Source: a virus (Duplodnaviria; Caudoviricetes). Taken from it: a DNA stretch of 42,775 nucleotides. The notes under the pieces were generated by a model. That model saw only the letters and a list, made by a program, of their open reading frames with translations, was not told the origin of the DNA and made no database searches. This document shows positions 16,558 to 24,249 of the stretch, one piece after another (positions within the stretch are counted from its first letter, which is position 1; each line of letters starts with the position of its first letter). Position numbers and translations under genes: made by a program. The stretch lies in the IMG/VR virus record IMGVR_UViG_3300027815_000245, positions 1 to 42,775 of that record; one strand, written 5' to 3'.

Positions 16558-17231
16558 TAGCGGTACCGCCGCGGGTGCGTCAGCCGGTCCTGCCCCAGGC
16601 TGTCGCTGCCATCCAGGTTCACCACCACGCCGGCGGCGACGTTGCGTTTGTCGTCGATCCCCAGTTCGTCCAGGTAGCGACGGCGCAGCTTGGCGCCGCG
16701 CGTGGCGTACTCCTGCGCCTTGGACTGTTGCCGCACGCTGTCCGCCTGGATGGTGCTGTCCGTGCCACCGGAGTAGTACGCGGCCAATTCGTCACACAGA
16801 ATCGCCGCCGCCCAGCACGCCACCGGCTCGCGGTCGGCGACCGGGATGGTGTCCGCGGCGCCGCTCACCACATGCACGATCGAATAGGTGGCGCGCACCG
16901 TTGCGCCCACCGTGATCGCATCGAGCAATTGGATCGTCACCGCGGTGGGCGTGGTGTAGAAACCGTAGCGCTCCGGCCGGAGCATTTCAGGGGGCACCTG
17001 GGCGACCGGGTACTCGAGACTTTTCAGATCGGAGAAGTCGGTCTCCCACGCGGCCGGCAGCGGCAGCGTGTTCACGCCGGTCGAGACCACGTCCTGAACC
17101 TTCAGGCGCTCGCGATCCTTGCTGTAGCGCTGCACCGCCAGTTCGATCGCCCGGTCGCGCTCGGCCGTGATGACCACCGCCGCATCATCGCGAACGAGGT
17201 CAATGACAAGCGTCTGGTAATCAGTGAGCAT
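16557..17231 (-). CDS. Head-tail connector/adaptor protein
   Basis: Position between head and neck genes; 224 aa. Confidence 0.65.
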   Translation of the reverse strand: MLTDYQTLVIDLVRDDAAVVITAERDRAIELAVQRYSKDRERLKVQDVVSTGVNTLPLPAAWETDFSDLKSLEYPVAQVPPEMLRPERYGFYTTPTAVTIQLLDAITVGATVRATYSIVHVVSGAADTIPVADREPVACWAAAILCDELAAYYSGGTDSTIQADSVRQQSKAQEYATRGAKLRRRYLDELGIDDKRNVAAGVVVNLDGSDSLGQDRLTHPRRYR

Positions 17232-17254
17232 GAGGGGGCCGGAGCGTGGGCGTT

Positions 17255-17301
17255 AAAGAAAAAGGCGGGTGCGCGAGTCCTGCCGCATCCCGCCTCTTCT
17301 T
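17255..17301 (-). terminator. Intrinsic terminator (possibly bidirectional) after the head genes
   Basis: AGGCGGG..TGCG/CGCA..CCCGCCT stem followed by TTTTCTTT on the - strand; pyrimidine tail also on the + strand. Confidence 0.65.
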
Positions 17302-17326
17302 ACGAGAGGTTGCGGGCCGGTGAGCG

Positions 17327-17800
17327 TTATCTGACGAAGATCGGCATCGCCGTGATATCGGAGCCTGTGGGCGAAGTACCGGAGACAGTGAGCACCAGCG
17401 TCACCTCCGCCTCATCGGCCACGGCCGCGGTCGATATGACCGCATCGCTGACTGAGGTACTGAGCGTGAGCGGCGAGGCCAACACCGAGGCGCCCGCCAC
17501 CTGTAGGTCGATGGTAAAGGTGCCAGAGAGCGTGCGCCCCACGCCGGAGAACCCCACCAGGCGCGACGCGTACGGCATCTTGAACTTCACCGGCGTGATG
17601 GTCGTGGTGTAGGCCCCGGGCATCAGGATCGGCATCGCGTACACCGGCACGCTCGGCCCGAAGTTCTGTACCGCCGCCTGCGCGGTGCGCACCAGGCCGG
17701 GGGAAACGCTCGCTACGATTGCGGCGCCGATCGCGCACGCAAGCACGAGGGCGAGGGTTGCGCCGAGCGCCCTGCCGCTGAATCTCTTGATGGTTTTCAA
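17327..17800 (-). CDS. Signal-peptide-bearing beta-rich protein in the capsid-decoration position
   Basis: AAGGAG RBS with TTG start; MKTIKRFSGR, hydrophobic stretch, AQA/A cleavage site; mature part about one quarter Ser/Thr. Confidence 0.65.
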   Translation of the reverse strand: MKTIKRFSGRALGATLALVLACAIGAAIVASVSPGLVRTAQAAVQNFGPSVPVYAMPILMPGAYTTTITPVKFKMPYASRLVGFSGVGRTLSGTFTIDLQVAGASVLASPLTLSTSVSDAVISTAAVADEAEVTLVLTVSGTSPTGSDITAMPIFVR

Positions 17801-17909
17801 AGCTTGAATCTCCTTGTCGCCGGGGGTTTCGCTTCCTTGCCCACCCAGCACTGTTGTCTCCAGTGCCGGGGTGGCTAGGTACTCAACTACTGCTTCGGGG
17901 GGGTATGGG

Positions 17910-20204
17910 TTAAGCGACGACCGACTTGTCGTAGCCGCGGAAGTTCACCACTTGGCCGCCGTAGATGTGGCGGATCTTGTAGGTGATCTTGTCGTTGGTG
18001 AACATCGAGCCGACGTTCGGCATGTCCTGGGTGAACAGCTCCGGCTCTTCCTGGCCGTCCAGGAACCCCACCTCGATCGAGGGGATGTCCATCGGGTCCA
18101 CGCCGAGCGCCCAATCATTCGCGTCGGTCCAGTACCACACCGGGATGATCTGCAGCGTCATGGCGTTGACGAACGTCTTGTCGTTGTTGGTGTTGCGGTT
18201 GAAGAGGTTCACCGCCCCCTCTTCCAGGTCAACCGACACGATCAAGTTCTTCGGCGGGATCGCGATCCGCTCGCTGGAGCCGGCTTCGGTCAGCTTCAGC
18301 ACCCGCAGGCGCGCCGCGGCCAGGGACGTGGCGTCCAGGGCGGCAGAACCCAGATTGGCGTGGGTCGCGTGAAAGAACGCCACGCCGTCGTACAGCGTCG
18401 GGTTGGTGCGGATGAAATCGAGCACGAACTTGCCCAGGGTGCGGGCCGCCGAGCGCGACAGCTTGGTCGGGATCTGGCGGATCGCGGCGACATCGTCGTT
18501 CTTGACCATCTCCAAGGTCACGTCCTCGGTGCCGCCGCGCTTGGAAACCGCGTAGGTCGCTTCCTCGTCGGTCGGGCTGGTGAGCGACGCGTAAGGCGCG
18601 CCCTGCGCCACCGCCGGCAGATCGCCGTAACCGCCAAAGCGGGTGCGATGCTGGGTGCGGAAGTCCGACGCCGGCACCACGCTCACCAACGGCCGCCAGA
18701 CGCTGTACACGTTCGGCAGTCGATAGTCGGCAAGGAGGCGACGGGAGACAGCGTCCCCCAGCACGTTGGAGAAGGTCGTCGATTCCAGCGACTCGCGAAA
18801 CGACGCGCCGGCCGCTTCCGCCAGGCGCACCCGATCCATGTCGGCCAGCCGGCCGGTGACGCGCCGGTCGCCGGTGATCTCGGCGTAGCACTCCTTGAAA
18901 GACTGCGCCGCGCGATGATCCTTGTGTGCCGGATCGAAGAACGCATCCAGCATGTCGTTGACCTTGACTGAGCGATCCTCGACCGTCGCCTGGTCAAAGG
19001 GCACGCGCACGTGGCCCGACTCGGTGAACTTGGCGAGGTACGCGCGCTCGGCCGTGATGGCGGCGTCCACGTCCGCCTCGGTGAACTTCGCCAGCGTCGC
19101 GAACTGACTGGCCACCTTTTCCTTGGCGGCCAGCGGCAGATTGGACGCCGCGATGGTGCTGCGCATGTAGCCGCGCGACTCCACCATGCGGATCTGTTCG
19201 GTCACCTGTTCGGCGGTCAGCCCGCCGGTAACCGGCGGCAGCGCTGTCGCCGTCGCGGCCGTCAGCTCTTCGCGCACCGCCTCGGAATAATGCGCCTCCA
19301 GTTCCGCGTCGGTGACGGTCTCGGCGTTGATCTTCGCGAAGATCTTCGGCGCCTTGGCCTTAATCGCTGCGAGCAATCGTTCTTTCATGGGGTCTTGCTC
19401 CCTTGTGTTGTCTGCGGCGGCTTCGACGAGTCGCACCAGAGCGCCGCCTGCGCTCGGTTCGACGATCAGATCTACTGAGTTGACCTTCTTGATGGATTTG
19501 GCGACGCGCACCCGCTTGGATTCGCGCATGGCGAATCCGGCGGTGCCATCGGCATCGATCGACAGACCGACCAGGTCGCGCTTGCCGCGCTTCCAGGCAT
19601 CGGTGATCGTGTCGCGCAGCTGCACGGCGCTGGCGCCGGCGCCGAAGTTGAACGTGCCGATCACGCGGCCGGTGTCGGGCGTGCCCGCCTCGACGAACTT
19701 CGCGCCGGAGATCCAGCCCACGATATTGCGGGCGTCCTTGCCCTCGCCCGAGAGGTGCTCCTTGTCACTGCGCGCAAGCACCCGGGCGCCCTCGAAGAGC
19801 GTGGCCGCCTCGCGCAGGACTGCATCGGGGTAGAACGTGCCGTTGTGCGAGAGCCCGGCGCGAATCAGCACCGCGTCCCAGGTCCGGCCTTCGTCGTCTT
19901 TCGCTTCCAGGAAGCTGTCCGATGCTTCGGCCATGCGAACCGGCACGTATTGCTCGATGACTTCCTGGGCATCGCCGAGCGTGACCTTGTTGTCTTCCCC
20001 GACCGTGTACGGATAGCTGAAGTAGCGGCTCTCGCGGCAGACGATCACGCGATCCGGGTACATCGCCTCGACGCTGACGTAAGACGCCCCGACCTTGAGC
20101 GCCAGCGCCGCGTGCACCAGGCCCATGAGCTGGCGCAGCTCCGTCGCCGCGGCTTCGCGCAGCGCCGTTTCGCCGACCACACCCAGTTGGGGGATTTGCC
20201 TCAT
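17910..20204 (-). CDS. Fused prohead protease-scaffold-major capsid protein (Mu gpI/gpT-like)
   Basis: Protease motifs GLSHNGTFYP, H/D region, VGLSIDA, SVDLIVEPSAGG; C-terminal gpT-like LEMVKNDD, FFHATHANL, IEVGFLDG, YKIRHIYGG. Confidence 0.88.
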   Translation of the reverse strand: MRQIPQLGVVGETALREAAATELRQLMGLVHAALALKVGASYVSVEAMYPDRVIVCRESRYFSYPYTVGEDNKVTLGDAQEVIEQYVPVRMAEASDSFLEAKDDEGRTWDAVLIRAGLSHNGTFYPDAVLREAATLFEGARVLARSDKEHLSGEGKDARNIVGWISGAKFVEAGTPDTGRVIGTFNFGAGASAVQLRDTITDAWKRGKRDLVGLSIDADGTAGFAMRESKRVRVAKSIKKVNSVDLIVEPSAGGALVRLVEAAADNTREQDPMKERLLAAIKAKAPKIFAKINAETVTDAELEAHYSEAVREELTAATATALPPVTGGLTAEQVTEQIRMVESRGYMRSTIAASNLPLAAKEKVASQFATLAKFTEADVDAAITAERAYLAKFTESGHVRVPFDQATVEDRSVKVNDMLDAFFDPAHKDHRAAQSFKECYAEITGDRRVTGRLADMDRVRLAEAAGASFRESLESTTFSNVLGDAVSRRLLADYRLPNVYSVWRPLVSVVPASDFRTQHRTRFGGYGDLPAVAQGAPYASLTSPTDEEATYAVSKRGGTEDVTLEMVKNDDVAAIRQIPTKLSRSAARTLGKFVLDFIRTNPTLYDGVAFFHATHANLGSAALDATSLAAARLRVLKLTEAGSSERIAIPPKNLIVSVDLEEGAVNLFNRNTNNDKTFVNAMTLQIIPVWYWTDANDWALGVDPMDIPSIEVGFLDGQEEPELFTQDMPNVGSMFTNDKITYKIRHIYGGQVVNFRGYDKSVVA

Positions 20205-20213
20205 GCCCTGCGC

Positions 20214-20501
20214 TTACTTCTTCGCCTTGTCGGGGCCGTCCTCGACGCTGCCCTTGGCCTCGTACTTCTTGCCGTCGACCGTGACGATCGACACCACGCC
20301 GCGCTCGGTGTCCTGGGCGGCGGCGATTATGTGAACGGCGCCAAGCGGTACGTTATCCGTCGAGAACGCATCGCGCTCCTTGCCGGAGGCTTCGTCTTTG
20401 ACCTTGACCGCCTTGGCCGTCTGGACGGTGATGCCCTGACTGGCGAACAACTTGGCCGCCGCGGCGAACATCGCCGCGGCCACAATAATCTTTTGACCCA
20501 T
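20214..20501 (-). CDS. Hypothetical protein, first gene of the head late operon
   Basis: GGAG RBS; 95 aa; VSIVTVDGKKY. Confidence 0.7.
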   Translation of the reverse strand: MGQKIIVAAAMFAAAAKLFASQGITVQTAKAVKVKDEASGKERDAFSTDNVPLGAVHIIAAAQDTERGVVSIVTVDGKKYEAKGSVEDGPDKAKK

Positions 20502-20558
20502 CGCTCCGTCTCCTGGTTGGTTGCCGGCATCGAACGCCTGGCAGCGAAAGCAGGGGGG

Positions 20559-20606
20559 AGATTAGGGTGAAGCGGGAGCGGAATTAATGGTGACGTGCGT
20601 CACCAT
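20559..20606 (-). promoter_or_regulatory. Late promoter (head operon) with Mor/C-type activator dyad
   Basis: TTAATGGTGAC-GTGC-GTCACCAT at 20584-20606; -10 TAATCT 19 bp away; same geometry as the site at 30347-30394. Confidence 0.75.
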
Positions 20607-20672
20607 CTGAGGAGGGATGCTGCTTTTTAGCATGCGGGAAAGCGGCTGCGCCGTCAATCGACCGGCGTTTGA

Positions 20673-21314
20673 TCACCAAGGATTGTCCCGGGACGCTTCG
20701 AAATAGCAGATGCAAAACCCGCGCTCGATTTTGCCCATGCCGCGTGGGCACATCGGGTTCGGAATAGGCGGTGAACGGAGAGCCTCGTCAATATCCATCG
20801 CGCTCCGCGCGCGGGCCCGGCGACAAATCTCCTTCGAAAGATCGCCCGGGCGAACTTCAACCCGTCTGATCCCCCGGTCTTTCAATTCAGCCAGTTCGTG
20901 GACTCTCGTCTGCTCAAGGAAGAGAAGAAACGAATCGCTGCCCTGCGCGGCATTGATGATCGCAAGTTGAAAGCAGGCCAATCTCCGGACGTATCGGTCC
21001 TTCCCGTTGGTCGCCGCATCCAGGCACAGGTTTTCAATGGCTTTGCTGACGTCCGCGGCCGCGGCCAGGTCGCGTTCGACGGACTTCGCATCAAATCCGA
21101 GAGAGGAGGCGATACCCAGCGCGTGCTGAATGATGGAGCGCCTCTCCCATCGCGCTTCAGCGTCGGCTGCCTGGCTCTCCGTCATGAGGCGCTTCTGCCG
21201 GTCCTCGGGTGTTGCCTTGACGTAGATCGGCTGCCCGCAGATCGGACACTTTGACTTTCGCTGCGGCACCTTTTCGAGCTCAGCCGCGCAGTACGGGCAT
21301 GTTGCCGTTGCCAT
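20673..21314 (-). CDS. Accessory protein with N-terminal double CxxC zinc ribbon and Cys-rich C-terminus
   Basis: CPYC...CPIC; PPIPNPMC...FCICYF; lower GC; GAGGGGG RBS. Confidence 0.7.
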   Translation of the reverse strand: MATATCPYCAAELEKVPQRKSKCPICGQPIYVKATPEDRQKRLMTESQAADAEARWERRSIIQHALGIASSLGFDAKSVERDLAAAADVSKAIENLCLDAATNGKDRYVRRLACFQLAIINAAQGSDSFLLFLEQTRVHELAELKDRGIRRVEVRPGDLSKEICRRARARSAMDIDEALRSPPIPNPMCPRGMGKIERGFCICYFEASRDNPW

Positions 21315-21389
21315 TGGCGATTCCCCCCTCAGCGCCCCAAGCTACCCGAAATTCGCCGGATCGGCAGGTTTTGGGAGGATATGTCTCGC

Positions 21390-21570
21390 CGCAACTATGG
21401 GGCAGCAACCCCGTTAGACCCCCGTTAAAAACGTCGATCGGACAGATCGTCGTAAGGGGGTAGCCAAAATGGACCAGGACCGCCGCTAGATGCCTCATAT
21501 CGCGCCTAATCGGCAAACTCCCCGCGGTTGCCCAACCAGCGCGGGTTTACAAGGGTTACACCCTTTTTCC
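21390..21570. other. Candidate Mu-type strong gyrase site
   Basis: Non-coding, between F and the protease gene near the prophage midpoint; phased ACCCCGTTA/ACCCCCGTTAAAAACG repeats. Confidence 0.45.
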
Positions 21571-21578
21571 GGTTCCGG

Positions 21579-23243
21579 CTACCGGCCCGGACCGCCCGGC
21601 GCCGAGCGCCCGGCGATCACCCCCGCGGCCCGCCGCACATGAGCCGCCTCGTCGATCCGGCCGGCGTGATCGAGCAGATCAGCGTAGCGGGCGGCAAGCG
21701 GCAGGAACGGGTGTCCGCGCAGCGCTCGCCCCGTCAGCGCCAGCGCCGGCGCCGGATCATCGCCGGCCACGACCAGGCCGGCGATCGCGCCCTCGACCCG
21801 CCAGACAAAGGGCGAATCGCGCAGCGCCACCAGCTCGCCGATCCGCTCGGCCGTCACCGGCCGGCCGGCGGCGCGATCGCGCTCCAGGCCGCGCTGCCAG
21901 CGCTCAATGGCGCGGTAATCCAGGAGTGCACCGGTCAGCACCACGGCCCCCGCCAGCAGCGCCGACGCCGGCGCCCAGCGCCAGACGCCGGTGATGGGTA
22001 GCCGCGTTGCCCGAGCGCCGAGGCCGAGCACCAGGGCGAACAGGCCGAGCAGGTCGGCATGCCACTGCGGGAATTCGACCATGCCGTGAAATAACTGGAT
22101 CAGGGCGACGGCGAGCAGCCACGCGCGCGCGCCCTCGAACGCGCGCGTGCCCACTATTCCGGCGATCCGGGCGGCCTCCTTGCTCCTGCGAAAGCCGACA
22201 AACCAGGCGCCAAGCGGCAGCAGCACGCACGCGGCGCCGACGATGCCTGTTTCGGCGAGCAGTTGCAGCGCGAGGCTGTGCGCGTGGAATTCCGCTACGC
22301 CGTCGAGGCCGGCGCCGATCACGGGCGCCGCCTGGAACACCTGCCAGGCGAATTCCCCGAAGCCCGCGCCCACGATGGGGTGCGCTGTGAAGATCGCCCA
22401 GGCATAGCGAGACAGCGCCCAACGCTTCGGATCGAGCTGACCGGAGGCGACCGACTCCGCCAGGCGCGCCCCGGCCGCGCCGTCGAACGCGAACTGCGCG
22501 AGGAACAGCAGCACGATCGCCGCGCCGAGCGCGAGCAGCGCGCGCCGGCCGATCCGTGACCACCCCGGCGCGCAGGCCATCGCGATCACCACGTAGGCCC
22601 AGACGCTGCGCGAGCCCGATATCGGCAGCGCCGCCATCATCGGCAGCGCGATCAGCACCGCGGTCGGCAGGCGCAGCCAGCCGGCGTAAAAGAGGCCGGC
22701 GACCGAGATCAGCCCGCAGCTCACCACATTGGCGAAATGGTTGCGCTGCCCAATGAGCCCCATCATCGGCAGACCCGGATCGGCGAGCAGCTGCACCGAC
22801 AGCGCCTGCAGCTGGAATCGCTGCATGAAGCCGGTTACGGCCAGGAAGAACGCGGCGGTGGCGAGCGCCGCCTGCAGCCACACCACCACGCCGGCCAGGC
22901 CGAATCGCTCGCGCAGATGCACCGCCGTGGTCGTCAGCAAGGCCGCCCAGGCGGCGTACAACATGCCGGTCGCGCTGCGCTCGGCGAACTCCACCAGGCC
23001 GAGCAGGACCTGCAGCCCGAGCACCAGGGCGAAGGCGAGCAGCCCGCAGGCGATCGCGGGGACCCCTAAGGCCCCTGCGCCGCCCAGGCGACGCGTCGCC
23101 GCGATGGCGACCAGGCCGAGCGCGAGCGCCGCCCATTCGCGGTAGAAGGTCGGGAACGGAAATGAATGCGTGCCTACCAGGAACGGCACCACGCACATGA
23201 GCGCGGCGGCACCGAGGCTCAGCCAATCACGCGGCGTTCTCAC
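21579..23243 (-). CDS. pglL: PglL-family O-oligosaccharyltransferase (Wzy_C/O-antigen-ligase superfamily)
   Basis: Many TM segments; PFPTFYREW N-terminus; GLIGQRNHFAN; SGSRS; HPIVGAGFGEF; HAHSLALQLLAETG; HGMVEFP. Confidence 0.8.
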   Translation of the reverse strand: MRTPRDWLSLGAAALMCVVPFLVGTHSFPFPTFYREWAALALGLVAIAATRRLGGAGALGVPAIACGLLAFALVLGLQVLLGLVEFAERSATGMLYAAWAALLTTTAVHLRERFGLAGVVVWLQAALATAAFFLAVTGFMQRFQLQALSVQLLADPGLPMMGLIGQRNHFANVVSCGLISVAGLFYAGWLRLPTAVLIALPMMAALPISGSRSVWAYVVIAMACAPGWSRIGRRALLALGAAIVLLFLAQFAFDGAAGARLAESVASGQLDPKRWALSRYAWAIFTAHPIVGAGFGEFAWQVFQAAPVIGAGLDGVAEFHAHSLALQLLAETGIVGAACVLLPLGAWFVGFRRSKEAARIAGIVGTRAFEGARAWLLAVALIQLFHGMVEFPQWHADLLGLFALVLGLGARATRLPITGVWRWAPASALLAGAVVLTGALLDYRAIERWQRGLERDRAAGRPVTAERIGELVALRDSPFVWRVEGAIAGLVVAGDDPAPALALTGRALRGHPFLPLAARYADLLDHAGRIDEAAHVRRAAGVIAGRSAPGGPGR

Positions 23244-23308
23244 CAGTCGGGCTTACGGGGAAACGGGCTGCTCTCCCGAATTGTTCCACGCGGAACTCCG
23301 GGTGAACA

Positions 23309-24244
23309 TCAGGCGGGCACCTTGCGTCTGGCCGGCGCCGGCAGCCGATCAAGCAGCTCGCCAATCGACGGTCCGGGCTCGATGTCGTTGCCGCTCGGGG
23401 CGGGCGAGCGTCCCGGCGTGGTCAACTTCCAGTCCGCCTTGTGCGGCACCGCAGTGCAGCCGCAGTTGATCACCTCGCTGGCCGGCGCCCGCGGATCGTG
23501 GGGATACATCATCTCCACCGGCGGCTTGCCGAACGGCTTCAGCAAAAACGGCTTGTCGACGTCCCGGATCTGGCCGTCCGCCAGGTCGTGATGGAATCGC
23601 GGGTGAAGCTTTCCCGAGCGCCGCCACATTTTCTGCATGCCGGGCACCACCCGGGCCACCTGCTCAAGCCGCGCCTGGCTGGCCGCGGAGAACGCCTGGC
23701 CAAGGTTCGTCCGAACGATCGCTGTGGCCCGGGCGCGCGAGGGCTCGCCCAGGATGGCGGTGACTTCGCCGATCGCATCAGAGGGCGCGGCAGCGCCGAT
23801 CACCACCAGGCCAAGCTGCGTGTTGATCTTGTTCACCGCGGCAAGGCCCACATCCTTGATGCGGTCGGTCATGAAGGCGCGCATCGCGGATAGTTGCCGG
23901 GTGTCGATCAGCGGTGCGGCGCCAATGATGCGAACGCCGCCGGCTTCGAGCGGCTTCTCCACCAGGTCGATGCCCAATTGCCACGCGTCGCCGGCCCTCG
24001 TCGAGAGCGTTGCGGCCGCGCCGCGGCCGAACTCGCCGAGTGCCTGCTCGATCTCGCGCTGCAATTGCGGCAGTTGCCAGTTCTGATAGTCGGTGGGCTG
24101 GCCGGCGAGCGTGGTCTTAACGCGCGCCAGCGCTTCGTTCAGCATGCGCACGATCTCGTCGCGCGTGCTCTTCAGCAGCGCGGTGCGGCCGCGCACGATC
24201 TCCGTGCGAACCTTCTTGAACTTCTTCTCCGGGTCGTCGGCCAT
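23309..24244 (-). CDS. MuF-like minor head protein
   Basis: RATAIVRT, KMWRRSGKLHPRFHH, MMYPHDP..EVINCGC. Confidence 0.85.
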   Translation of the reverse strand: MADDPEKKFKKVRTEIVRGRTALLKSTRDEIVRMLNEALARVKTTLAGQPTDYQNWQLPQLQREIEQALGEFGRGAAATLSTRAGDAWQLGIDLVEKPLEAGGVRIIGAAPLIDTRQLSAMRAFMTDRIKDVGLAAVNKINTQLGLVVIGAAAPSDAIGEVTAILGEPSRARATAIVRTNLGQAFSAASQARLEQVARVVPGMQKMWRRSGKLHPRFHHDLADGQIRDVDKPFLLKPFGKPPVEMMYPHDPRAPASEVINCGCTAVPHKADWKLTTPGRSPAPSGNDIEPGPSIGELLDRLPAPARRKVPA

Positions 24245-24249
24245 TGCCG

